A stretch of DNA of 64,000 nucleotides from Eledone cirrhosa. Taxonomy: Eukaryota. The stretch lies in the NCBI GenBank assembly GCA_964016885.1, contig OZ024742.1, positions 2,666,001-2,730,000 on the forward strand, given 5' to 3'. Below, one piece after another: positions 39,201 through 54,200 of the stretch. The translations under genes and the position numbers were made by a program. Within the stretch, counting starts at the first letter, position 1; each line of letters opens with the position of its first letter. The notes under the pieces are model-generated. The model did not search any database and was not told the origin of the DNA. It was given only the letters and a program-made list of their open reading frames with translations.

Positions 39201-42200
39201 ATTATGGCCAGCAACACATTACAGTTTTGTTACTGTTTGTCTTGTATAACATTATGGCCAGCGACATATTACAGTTTTGTTACTGTTTGTCTTGTATAAC
39301 ATTATGGCCAGCGACACATTACAGTTTTTGTTACTGTTTGTCTTGTATAACATTATGGCCAGTGACACATTACAGTTTTGTTACTGTTTGTCTTGTATAA
39401 CATTATGGCCAGCAACACATTACAGTTTTTGTTACTGTTGGTCTTGTATAACATTATGGCCAGCGACACATTATAGTTTTTGTTACTGTTTGTCTTGTAT
39501 AACATTATGGCCAGCAACACATTACAGTTTTGTTACTGTTGGTCTTGTATAACATTATGGCCAACAACACATTACAGTTTTTGTTACTGTTGGTCTTGTA
39601 TAACATTATGGCCAACAACACATTACAGTTTTTGTTACTGTTTGTCTTGTATAACCTTTTGGCCAGCAACACATTACAGTTTTTGTTACTGTTTGTCTTG
39701 TATAACATTATGGCCAGCGACACATTACAGTTTTGTTACTGTTGGTCTTGTATAACCTTTTGGCCAGCAACACATTACAGTTTTTGTTACTGTTGGTCTT
39801 GTATAACATTATGGCCACTGACACATTACAGTTTTGTTACTCTTGGTCTTGTATAACATTATGGCCAGCAACACATTACAGTTTTTGTTACTGTTTGTCT
39901 TGTATAACATTATGGCCAGCAACACATTACAGTTTTTGTTACTGTTTGTCTTGTATAACATTATGGCCAGCGACACATTACAGTTTTGTTACTGTTGGTC
40001 TTGTATAACCTTTTGGCCAGCAACACATTACAGTTTTTGTTACTGTTGGTCTTGTATAACATTAGGGCCACTGACACATTACAGTTTTGTTACTGTTGGT
40101 CTTGTATAACATTATGGCCACTGACACATTACAGTTTTGTTACTGTTGGTCTTGTATAACCTTTTGGCCAGCAACACATTACAGTTTTTGTTACTGTTGG
40201 TCTTGTATAACATTATGGCCACTGACACATTACAGTTTTGTTACTGTTGGTCTTGTATAACATTATGGCCAGCAACACATTACAGTTTTTGTTACTGTTG
40301 GTCTTGTATAACATTATGGCCAGTGACACATTACAGTTTTTGTTACTGTTGGTCTTGTATAACATAATGGCCAGAGACACATTACAGTTTTGTTACTGTT
40401 GGTCTTGTATAACATTATGGCCAGCGACACATTACAGTTTTTGTTACTGTTGGTCTTGTATAACATTATGGCCAGCAACACATTACAGTTTTGTTACTGT
40501 TGGTCTTGTATAACATTATGGCCAGCGACACATTACAGTTTTTGTTACTGTTGGTCTTGTATAACATTATGGCCAGTGACACATTACAGTTTTTGTTACT
40601 GTTGGTCTTGTATAACATTATGGCCAGCGACACATTACAGTTTTTGTTACTGTTGGTCTTGTATAACATTATGGCCAGCAACACATTACAGTTTTTGTTA
40701 CTGTTGGTCTTGTATAACATTATGGCCAGCAACACATTACAGTTTTTGTTACTGTTTGTCTTGTATAATATTATGGCCACTGACACATTACAGTCTTGTT
40801 ACTGTTGGTCTTGTATAACATTATGGCCAGCAACACATTACAGTTTTTGTTACTGTTGGTCTTGTATAACATTATGGCCAGCGACACATTACAGTTTTTG
40901 TTACTGTTGGTCTTGTATAACATGATGGCCAGCAACACATTACAGTTTTTGTTACTGTTTGTCTTGCATAACATTATGGCCAGCAACACATTACAGTTTT
41001 TGTTACTGTTGGTCTTGTATAACATTATGGGCAGCAACACGTTACAGTTTTTGTTACTGTTTGTCTTGTATAACATTATGGCCAGCGACACATTACAGTT
41101 TTGTTACTGTTGGTCTTGTATAACCTTTTGGCCAGCAACACATTACAGTTTTTGTTACTGTTGGTCTTGTATAACATTAGGGCCACTGACACATTACAGT
41201 TTTGTTACTGTTGGTCTTGTATAACATTATGGCCACTGACACATTACAGTTTTGTTACTGTTGGTCTTGTATAACCTTTTGGCCAGCAACACATTACAGT
41301 TTTTGTTACTGTTGGTCTTGTATAACATTATGGCCACTGACACATTACAGTTTTGTTACTGTTGGTCTTGTATAACATTATGGCCAGCAACACATTACAG
41401 TTTTTGTTACTGTTGGTCTTGTATAACATTATGGCCAGTGACACATTACAGTTTTTGTTACTGTTGGTCTTGTATAACATTATGGCCAGCAACACATTAC
41501 AGTTTTGTTACTGTTTGTCTTGTATAACATTATGGCCAGCGACATATTACAGTTTTGTTACTGTTTGTCTTGTATAACATTATGGCCAGCGACACATTAC
41601 AGTTTTTGTTACTGTTTGTCTTGTATAACATTATGGCCAGTGACACATTACAGTTTTGTTACTGTTTGTCTTGTATAACATTATGGCCAGCAACACATTA
41701 CAGTTTTTGTTACTGTTGGTCTTGTATAACATTATGGCCAGCGACACATTATAGTTTTTGTTACTGTTTGTCTTGTATAACATTATGGCCAGCAACACAT
41801 TACAGTTTTGTTACTGTTGGTCTTGTATAACATTATGGCCAACAACACATTACAGTTTTTGTTACTCTTGGTCTTGTATAACATTATGGCCAACAACACA
41901 TTACAGTTTTTGTTACTGTTTGTCTTGTATAACCTTTTGGCCAGCAACACATTACAGTTTTTGTTACTGTTTGTCTTGTATAACATTATGGCCAGCGACA
42001 CATTACAGTTTTGTTACTGTTGGTCTTGTATAACCTTTTGGCCAGCAACACATTACAGTTTTTGTTACTGTTGGTCTTGTATAACATTATGGCCACTGAC
42101 ACATTACAGTTTTGTTACTCTTGGTCTTGTATAACATTATGGCCAGCAACACATTACAGTTTTTGTTACTGTTTGTCTTGTATAACATTATGGCCAGCAA

Positions 42201-45200
42201 CACATTACAGTTTTTGTTACTGTTTGTCTTGTATAACATTATGGCCAGCGACACATTACAGTTTTGTTACTGTTGGTCTTGTATAACCTTTTGGCCAGCA
42301 ACACATTACAGTTTTTGTTACTGTTGGTCTTGTATAACATTAGGGCCACTGACACATTACAGTTTTGTTACTGTTGGTCTTGTATAACATTATGGCCACT
42401 GACACATTACAGTTTTGTTACTGTTGGTCTTGTATAACCTTTTGGCCAGCAACACATTACAGTTTTTGTTACTGTTGGTCTTGTATAACATTATGGCCAC
42501 TGACACATTACAGTTTTGTTACTGTTGGTCTTGTATAACATTATGGCCAGCAACACATTACAGTTTTTGTTACTGTTGGTCTTGTATAACATTATGGCCA
42601 GTCACACATTACAGTTTTTGTTACTGTTGGTCTTGTATAACATAATGGCCAGAGACACATTACAGTTTTGTTACTGTTGGTCTTGTATAACATTATGGCC
42701 AGCGACACATTACAGTTTTTGTTACTGTTGGTCTTGTATAACATTATGGCCAGCAACACATTACAGTTTTGTTACTGTTGGTCTTGTATAACATTATGGC
42801 CAGCGACACATTACAGTTTTTGTTACTGTTGGTCGTGTATAACATTATGGCCAGTGACACATTACAGTTTTTGTTACTGTTGGTCTTGTATAACATTATG
42901 GCCAGCGACACATTACAGTTTTTGTTACTGTTGGTCTTGTATAACATTATGGCCAGCAACACATTACAGTTTTTGTTACTGTTGGTCTTGTATAACATTA
43001 TGGCCAGCAACACATTACAGTTTTTGTTACTGTTTGTCTTGTATAATATTATGGCCACTGACACATTACAGTCTTGTTACTGTTGGTCTTGTATAACATT
43101 ATGGCCAGCAACACATTACAGTTTTTGTTACTGTTGGTCTTGTATAACATTATGGCCAGCGACACATTACAGTTTTTGTTACTGTTGGTCTTGTATAACA
43201 TGATGGCCAGCAACACATTACAGTTTTTGTTACTGTTTGTCTTGCATAACATTATGGCCAGCAACACATTACAGTTTTTGTTACTGTTGGTCTTGTATAA
43301 CATTATGGGCAGCAACACGTTACAGTTTTTGTTACTGTTTGTCTTGTATAACATTATGGCCAGCGACACATTACAGTTTTGTTACTGTTGGTCTTGTATA
43401 ACCTTTTGGCCAGCAACACATTACAGTTTTTGTTACTGTTGGTCTTGTATAACATTAGGGCCACTGACACATTACAGTTTTGTTACTGTTGGTCTTGTAT
43501 AACATTATGGCCACTGACACATTACAGTTTTGTTACTGTTGGTCTTGTATAACCTTTTGGCCAGCAACACATTACAGTTTTTGTTACTGTTGGTCTTTTA
43601 TAACATTATGGCCACTGACACATTACAGTTTTGTTACTGTTGGTCTTGTATAACATTATGGCCAGCAACACATTACAGTTTTTGTTACTGTTGGTCTTGT
43701 ATAACATTATGGCCAGTGACACATTACAGTTTTTGTTACTGTTGGTCTTGTATAACATAATGGCCAGAGACACATTACAGTTTTGTTACTGTTGGTCTTG
43801 TATAACATTATGGCCAGCGACACATTACAGTTTTTGTTACTGTTGGTCTTGTATAACATTATGGCCAGCAACACATTACAGTTTTGTTACTGTTGGTCTT
43901 GTATAACATTATGGCCAGCGACACATTACAGTTTTTGTTACTGTTGGTCTTGTATAACATTATGGCCAGTGACACATTACAGTTTTTGTTACTGTTGGTC
44001 TTGTATAACATTATGGCCAGCGACACATTACAGTTTTTGTTACTGTTGGTCTTGTATAACATTATGGCCAGCAACACATTACAGTTTTTGTTACTGTTGG
44101 TCTTGTATAACATTATGGCCAGCAACACATTACAGTTTTTGTTACTGTTTGTCTTGTATAATATTATGGCCACTGACACATTACAGTCTTGTTACTGTTG
44201 GTCTTGTATAACATTATGGCCAGCAACACATTACAGTTTTTGTTACTGTTGGTCTTGTATAACATTATGGCCAGCGACACATTACAGTTTTTGTTACTGT
44301 TGGTCTTGTATAACATGATGGCCAGCAACACATTACAGTTTTTGTTACTGTTTGTCTTGCATAACATTATGGCCAGCAACACATTACAGTTTTTGTTACT
44401 GTTGGTCTTGTATAACATTATGGGCAGCAACACGTTACAGTTTTTGTTACTGTTTGTCTTGTATAACATTATGGCCAGTGACACATTACAGTTTTTTTTA
44501 CTGTTTGTCTTGTATAACATTATGGCCAGCAACACATTACAGTTTTTGTTACTGTTGGTCTTGTATAACATTATGGCCAGCGACACATTACAGTTTTTGT
44601 TACTGATGGTCTTGTATAACATTATGGCCAGCGACACATTACAGTTTTTGTTACTGTTGGTCTTGTATGACATTATGGCCAGCGACACATTACAGTTTAT
44701 GTTACTGTTTGTCTTGTATAACATTATGGCCAGCGACACATTACAGTTTTTGTTACTGTTGGTCTTGTATAACATTATGGCCAGCGACACATTACAGTTT
44801 TTGTTACTGTTGGTCTTGTATAACATTATGGCCAGCGACACATTACAGTTTTTGTTACTGTTGGTCTTGTATAACATTATGGCCAGCAACACATTACAGT
44901 TTTGTTACTGTTTGTCTTGTATAACCTTTTGGCCAGCAAGACATTAGAGTTTTTGTTACTGTTTGTCTTGTATAACATTATGGCCAGCAACACATTACAG
45001 TTTTGTTACTGTTTGTCTTGTATAACATTATGGCCAGCGACATATTACAGTTTTGTTACTGTTTGTCTTGTATAACATTATGGCCAGTGACACATTACAG
45101 TTTTTGTTACTGTTTGTCTTGTATAACATTATGGCCAGCGACATATTACAGTTTTGTTACTGTTTGTCTTGTATAACATTATGGCCAGTGACACATTACA

Positions 45201-48200
45201 GTTTTTGTTACTGTTGGTCTTGTATAACCTTTTGGCCAGCAACACATTACAGTTTTTGTTACTCTTGGTCTTGTATAACATTATGGCCACTGACACATTA
45301 CAGTTTTGTTACTCTTGGTCTTGTATAACATTATGGCCACTGACACATTACAGTTTTGTTACTCTTGGTCTTGTATAACATTATGGCCAGCAACACATTA
45401 CAGTTTTTGTTACTGTTGGTCTTGTATAACATTATGGCCAGCGACACATTACAGTTTTTGTTACTGTTTGTCTTGTATAACATTATGGCCAACAACACAT
45501 TACAGTTTTTGTTACTGTTTGTCTTGTATAAACTTTTGGCCAGCAACACATTACAGTTTTTGTTACTGTTTGTCTTGTATAACATTATGGCCAGCGACAC
45601 ATTACAGTTTTGTTACTGTTGGTCTTGTATAACCTTTTGGCCAGCAACACATTACAGTTTTTCTTACTGTTGGTCTTGTACAACATTATGGCCACTGACA
45701 CATTACAGTTTTGTTACTCTTGGTCTTGCATAACATTATGGCCAGCAACACATTACAGTTTTTGTTACTGTTTGTCTTGTATAACATTATGGCCAGCAAC
45801 ACATTACAGTTTTTGTTACTGTTTGTCTTGTATAACATTATGGCCAGCGACACATTACAGTTTTGTTACTGTTGGTCTTGTATAACCTTTTGGCCAGCAA
45901 CACATTACAGTTTTTGTTACTGTTGGTCTTGTATAACATTATGGCCACTGACACATTACAGTTTTGTTACTGTTGGTCTTGTATAACATTATGGCCACTG
46001 ACACATTACAGTTTTGTTACTGTTGGTCTTGTATAACCTTTTGGCCAGCAACACATTACAGTTTTTGTTACTGTTGGTCTTGTATAACATTATGGCCACT
46101 GACACATTACAGTTTTGTTACTGTTGGTCTTGTATAACATTATGGCCAGCAACACATTACAGTTTTTGTTACTGTTGGTCTTGTATAACATTATGGCCAG
46201 TGACACATTACAGTTTTTGTTACTGTTGGTCTTGTATAACATTATGGCCAGAGACACATTACAGTTTTGTTACTGTTGGTCTTGTATAACATTATGGCCA
46301 GTGACACATTACAATTTTTGTTACTGTTGGTCTCGTATAACATTATGGCCAGCGACACATTACAGTTTTTGTTACTGTTGGTCTTGTATAACATTATGGC
46401 CAGCAACACATTACAGTTTTTGTTACTGTTTGTCTTGTATAATATTATGGCCACTGACACATTACAGTTTTGTTACTGTTGGTCTTGTATAACATTATGG
46501 CCAGCAACACATTACAGTTTTTGTTACTGTTGGTCTTGTATAACATTATGGCCAGCAACACATTACAGTTTTTGTTACTGTTTGTCTTGTATAACATTAT
46601 GGCCAGCAACACATTACAGTTTTGTTACTGTTTGTCTTGTATAACATTATGGCCAGCGACATATTACAGTTTTGTTACTGTTTGTCTTGTATAACATTAT
46701 GGCCAGTGACACATTACAGTTTTTGTTACTGTTTGTCTTGTATAACATTATGGCCAGCGACATATTACAGTTTTGTTACTGTTTGTCTTGTATAACATTA
46801 TGGCCAGTGACACATTACAGTTTTTGTTACTGTTGGTCTTGTATAACCTTTTGGCCAGCAACACATTACAGTTTTTGTTACTCTTGGTCTTGTATAACAT
46901 TATGGCCACTGACACATTACAGTTTTGTTACTCTTGGTCTTGTATAACATTATGGCCACTGACACATTACAGTTTTGTTACTGTTGGTCTTGTATAACCT
47001 TTTGGCCAGCAACACATTACAGTTTTTGTTACTGTTGGTCTTGTATAACATTATGGCCACTGACACATTACAGTTTTGTTACTGTTGGTCTTGTATAACA
47101 TTATGGCCAGCAACACATTACAGTTTTTGTTACTGTTGGTCTTGTATAACATTATGGCCAGTGACACATTACAGTTTTTGTTACTGTTGGTCTTGTATAA
47201 CATTATGGCCAGAGACACATTACAGTTTTGTTACTGTTGGTCTTGTATAACATTATGGCCAGTGACACATTACAGTTTTTGTTACTGTTGGTCTTGTATA
47301 ACATTATGGCCAGCAACACATTACAGTTTTTGTTACTGTTTGTCTTGCATAACATTATGGCCAGCAACACATTACAGTTTTTGTTACTGTTGGTCTTGTA
47401 TAACATTATGGGCAGCAACACATTACAGTTTTTGTTACTGTTTGTCTTGTATAACATTATGGCCAGTGACACACTACAGTTTTTGTTACTGTTGGTCTTG
47501 TATAACATTATGGCCAGCGACACATTACAGTTTTTGTTACTGTTGGTCTTGTATAACATTATGGCCAGCAACACATTACAGTTTTTGTTACTGTTTGTCT
47601 TGTATAATATTATGGCCACTGACACATTACAGTTTTGTTACTGTTGGTCTTGTATAACATTATGGCCAGCAACACATTACAGTTTTTGTTACTGTTGGTC
47701 TTGTATAACATTATGGCCAGCGACACATTACAGTTTTTGTTACTGTTGGTCTTGTATAACATTATGGCCAGCAACACATTACAGTTTTTGTTACTGTTTG
47801 TCTTGCATAACATTATGGCCAGCAACACATTACAGTTTTTGTTACTGTTGGTCTTGTATAACATTATGGGCAGCAACACATTACAGTTTTTGTTACTGTT
47901 TGTCTTGTATAACATTATGGCCAGTGACACACTACAGTTTTTGTTACTGTTGGTCTTGTATAACATTATGGCCAGCGACACATTACAGTTTTTGTTACTG
48001 TTGGTCTTGTATAACATTATGGCCAGCGACACATTACAGTTTTTGTTACTGTTGGTCTTGTATAACATTATGGCCAGCGACACATTACAGTTTTTGTTAC
48101 TGTTGGTCTTGTATAACATTATGGCCAGCGACACATTACAGTTTTTGTTACTGATGGTCTTGTATAACATTATGGCCAGCGACACATTACAGATTTTGTT

Positions 48201-51200
48201 ACTGTTGGTCTTGTATGACATTATGGCCAGCGACACATTACAGTTTATGTTACTGTTTGTCTTGTATAACATTATGGCCAGCGACACATTACAGTTTTTG
48301 TTACTGTTGGTCTTGTATAACATTATGGCCAGCGACACATTACAGTTTTTGTTACTGTTGGTCTTGTATAACATTATGGCCAGCGACACATTACAGTTTT
48401 TGTTACTGTTGGTCTTGTATAACATTATGGCCAGCGACACATTACAGTTTTTGTTACTGTTGGTCTTGTATAATCATTATGGCCAGCAACACATTACAGT
48501 TTTGTTACTGTTTGTCTTGTATAACCTTTTGGCCAGCAAGACATTAGAGTTTTTGTTACTGTTTGTCTTGTATAACATTATGGCCAGCAACACATTACAG
48601 TTTTGTTACTGTTTGTCTTGTAAAACATTATGGCCAGCGACATATTACAGTTTTGTTACTGTTTGTCTTGTATAACATTATGGCCAGTGACACATTACAG
48701 TTTTTGTTACTGTTGGTCTTGTATAACATTATGGCCAGCGACACATTACAGTTTTTGTTACTGTTTGTCTTGTATAACATTATGGCTAGCGACATATTAC
48801 AGTTTTGTTACTGTTTGTCTTGTATAACATTATGGCCAGCGACACATTACAGTTTTTGTTACTGTTTGTCTTGTATAACATTATGGCTAGCGACATATTA
48901 CAGTTTTGTTACTGTTTGTCTTGTATAACATTATGGCCAGCGACACATTACAGTTTTTGTTACTGTTTGTCTTGTATAACATTATGGCTAGCGACATATT
49001 ACAGTTTTGTTACTGTTTGTCTTGTATAACATTATGGCCAGTGACACATTACAGTTTTTGTTACTGTTGGTCTTGTATAACATTATGGCCAGCGACACAT
49101 TACAGTTTTGTTACTGTTGGTCTTGTATAACATTATGGCCAGCGACATATTACAGTTTTGTTACTGTTTGTCTTGTATAACATTATGGCCAGTGACACAT
49201 TACAGTTTTTGTTACTGTTTGTCTTGTATAACATTATGGCCAGCGACATATTACAGTTTTGTTACTGTTTGTCTTGTATAACATTATGGCCAGTGACACA
49301 TTACAGTTTTTGTTACTGTTGGTCTTGTATAACCTTTTGGCCAGCAACACATTACAGTTTTTGTTACTCTTGGTCTTGTATAACATTATGGCCACTGACA
49401 CATTACAGTTTTGTTACTCTTGGTCTTGTATAACATTATGGCCAGCAACACATTACAGTTTTTGTTACTGTTTGTCTTGTATAACATTATGTCCAGCAAC
49501 ACATTACAGTTTTTGTTACTGTTTGTCTTGTATAACATTATGGCCAGCGACACATTACAGTTTTTTTACTGTTGGTCTTGTATAACCTTTTGGCCAGCAA
49601 CACATTACAGTTTTTGTTACTGTTGGTCTTGTATAACATTATGGCCACTGACACATTACAGTTTTGTTACTGTTGGTCTTGTATAACATTATGGCCACTG
49701 ACACATTACAGTTTTGTTACTGTTGGTCTTGTATAACCTTTTGGCCAGCAACACATTACAGTTTTTGTTACTGTTGGTCTTGTATAACATTATGGCCACT
49801 GACACATTACAGTTTTTGTTACTGTTGGTCTTGTATAACATTATGGCCACTGACACATTACAGTTTTGTTACTGTTGGTCTTGTATAACATTATGGCCAG
49901 CAACACATTACAGTTTTTGTTACTGTTGGTCTTGTATAACATTATGGCCAGTGACACATTACAGTTTTGTTACTCTTGGTCTTGTATAACATTATGGCCA
50001 GCAACATATTACAGTTTTTGTTACTGTTTGTCTTGTATAACATTATGGCCAGTGACACATTACAGTTTTGTTACTGTTGGTCTTGTATAACATTATGGCC
50101 AGCGACACATTACAGTTTTTGTTACTGTTGGTCTTGTATAACATTATGGCCAGCAACACATTACAGTTTTTGTTACTGTTGGTCTTGTATAACATTATGG
50201 CCAGCAACACATTACAGTTTTTGTTACTGTTTGTCTTGTATAATATTATGGCCACTGACACATTACAGTTTTGTTACTGTTGGTCTTGTATAACATTATG
50301 GCCAGCAACACATTACAGTTTTTGTTACTGTTGGTCTTGTATAACATTATGGCCAGCGACACATTACAGTTTTTGTTACTGTTGGTCTTGTATAACATTA
50401 TGGCCAGCAACACATTACAGTTTTGTTACTGTTGGTCTTGTATAACATTATGGCCAGCAACACATTACAGTTTTTGTTACTGTTTGTCTTGTATAACATT
50501 AGGCCAGCAACACATTACAGTTTTTGTTACTGTTGGTCTTGTATAACATTATGGCCAGCGACACATTACAGTTTTTGTTACTGTTGGTCTTGTATAACAT
50601 TATGGCCAGCGACACATTACAGTTTTTGTTACTGTTGGTCTTGTATAACATTATGGCCAGCGACACATTACAGTTTTTGTTACTGTTGGACTTGTATAAC
50701 ATTATGGCCCGCAACACATTACAGTTTTTGTTACTGTTTGTCTTGTATAACATTATGGCCAGCAACACATTACAATTTTGTTACTGTTTGTCTTGTATAA
50801 CATTATTGCCAGTGACACATTACAGTTTTGTTACTGTTTGTCTTGTATAACATTATGGCCAGCGACATATTACAGTTTTGTTAATGTTTGTCTTGTATAA
50901 CATTATGGCCAGCAACACATTACAGTTTTTGTTACTGTTTGTCTTGTATAACATTATGGCCAGCAACACATTACAGTTTTTGTTACTGTTTGTCTTGTAT
51001 AACATTATGGCCAGCAACACATTACAGTTTTGTTACTGTTTGTCTTGTATAACATTATGTCCAGTGACACATTACAGTTTTTGTTACTGTTGGTCTTGTA
51101 TAACATTATGTCCAGTGACACATTACAGTTTTGTTACTGTTTGTCTTGTATAACATTATGGCCAGCGACATATTACAGTTTTGTTACTGTTTGTCTTGTA

Positions 51201-54200
51201 TAACATTATGGCCAGCGACACATTACAGTTTTTGTTACTGTTGGTCTTGTATAACATTATGGCCAGCGACACATTACAATTTTGTTACTGTTTGTCTTGT
51301 ATAACATTATGGCCACTGACATATTACAGTTTTGTTACTGTTTGTCTTGTATAACATTATGGCCAGCGACACATTACAGTTTTTGTTACTGTTGGTCTTG
51401 TATAACATTATGGCCAGCAACACATTACAGTTTTTGTTACTGTTTGTCTTGTATACATTATGGCCAGTGACACATTAAAGTTTTGTTACTCTTTGTCTTG
51501 TATAACATTATGGCCAGCAACACGTTACAGTTTTTATTACTGTTTGTCTTGTATAACATTATGGCCAGTGACACATTACAGTTTTTGTTACTGTTGGTCT
51601 TGTATAACATTATGACCAGCGACACATTCCAGTTATTGTTACTGTTTGTCTTGTATAACATTATGGCCAGCAACACGTTACAGTTTTTGTTACTGTTTGT
51701 CTTGTATAACATTATGGCCAGTTAGACATTACAGTTTTGTTACTGTTTGTCTTGTATAACATTATGGCCAGTGACACATTACAGTTTTGTTACTGTTTGT
51801 CTTGTATAACATTATGGCCAGTGACACATTAGAGTTTTTGTTACTGTTTGTCTTGTATAACATTATGGCCAGCAACACATTACAGTTTTTGTTACTGTTT
51901 GTCTTGTATAACATTATGGCCAGCGACACATTACAGTTTTTGTTACTGTTTGTCTTGTATAACATTATGGCCAGCGACACATTACAGTTTTTGTTACTGT
52001 TGGTCTTGTATAACATTATGTCCAGCAACACATTACAGTTTTTGTTACTGTTTGTCTTGTATAACATTATGGCCAGCAACACATTACAGTTTTTGTTACT
52101 GTTTGTCTTGTATAACATTATGGCCAGCGACACATTACAGTTTTTGTTACTGTTTGTCTTGTATAACATTATGGCCAGCGACACATTACAGTTTTTGTTA
52201 CTGTTGGTCTTGTATAACATTATGTCCAGCAACACATTACAGTTTTTGTTACTGTTTGTCTTGTATAACATTATGGCCAGCAACACATTACAGTTTTTGT
52301 TACTGTTTGTCTTGTATAACATTATGTCCAGCAACACATTACAGTTTTTGTTACTGTTTGTCTTGTATAACATTATGGCCACTGACACATTACAGTTTTG
52401 TTACTGTTGGTCTTGTATAACATTATGGCCACTGACACATTACAGTTTTGTTACTGTTGGTCTTGTATAACCTTTTGGCCAGCAACACATTACAGTTTTT
52501 GTTACTGTTGGTCTTGTATAACATTATGGCCACTGACACATTACAGTTTTTGTTACTGTTGGTCTTGTATAACATTATGGCCACTGACACATTACAGTTT
52601 TGTTACTGTTGGTCTTGTATAACATTATGGCCAGCAACACATTACAGTTTTTGTTACTGTTGGTCTTGTATAACATTATGGCCAGTGACACATTACAGTT
52701 TTGTTACTCTTGGTCTTGTATAACATTATGGCCAGCAACATATTACAGTTTTTGTTACTGTTTGTCTTGTATAACATTATGGCCAGTGACACATTACAGT
52801 TTTGTTACTGTTGGTCTTGTATAACATTATGGCCAGCGACACATTACAGTTTTTGTTACTGTTGGTCTTGTATAACATTATGGCCAGCAACACATTACAG
52901 TTTTTGTTACTGTTGGTCTTGTATAACATTATGGCCAGCAACACATTACAGTTTTTGTTACTGTTTGTCTTGTATAATATTATGGCCACTGACACATTAC
53001 AGTTTTGTTACTGTTGGTCTTGTATAACATTATGGCCACTGACACATTACAGTTTTGTTACTGTTGGTCTTGTATAACCTTTTGGCCAGCAACACATTAC
53101 AGTTTTTGTTACTGTTGGTCTTGTATAACATTATGGCCACTGACACATTACAGTTTTTGTTACTGTTGGTCTTGTATAACATTATGGCCACTGACACATT
53201 ACAGTTTTGTTACTGTTGGTCTTGTATAACATTATGGCCAGCAACACATTACAGTTTTTGTTACTGTTGGTCTTGTATAACATTATGGCCAGTGACACAT
53301 TACAGTTTTGTTACTCTTGGTCTTGTATAACATTATGGCCAGCAACATATTACAGTTTTTGTTACTGTTTGTCTTGTATAACATTATGGCCAGTGACACA
53401 TTACAGTTTTGTTACTGTTGGTCTTGTATAACATTATGGCCAGCGACACATTACAGTTTTTGTTACTGTTGGTCTTGTATAACATTATGGCCAGCAACAC
53501 ATTACAGTTTTTGTTACTGTTGGTCTTGTATAACATTATGGCCAGCAACACATTACAGTTTTTGTTACTGTTTGTCTTGTATAATATTATGGCCACTGAC
53601 ACATTACAGTTTTGTTACTGTTGGTCTTGTATAACATTATGGCCAGCAACACATTACAGTTTTTGTTACTGTTGGTCTTGTATAACATTATGGCCAGCGA
53701 CACATTACAGTTTTTGTTACTGTTGGTCTTGTATAACATTATGGCCAGCAACACATTACAGTTTTGTTACTGTTGGTCTTGTATAACATTATGGCCAGCA
53801 ACACATTACAGTTTTTGTTACTGTTTGTCTTGTATAACATTAGGCCAGCAACACATTACAGTTTTTGTTACTGTTGGTCTTGTATAACATTATGGCCAGC
53901 GACACATTACAGTTTTTGTTACTGTTGGTCTTGTATAACATTATGGCCAGCGACACATTACAGTTTTTGTTACTGTTGGTCTTGTATAACATTATGGCCA
54001 GCGACACATTACAGTTTTTGTTACTGTTGGACTTGTATAACATTATGGCCCGCAACACATTACAGTTTTTGTTACTGTTTGTCTTGTATAACATTATGGC
54101 CAGCAACACATTACAATTTTGTTACTGTTTGTCTTGTATAACATTATTGCCAGTGACACATTACAGTTTTGTTACTGTTTGTCTTGTATAACATTATGGC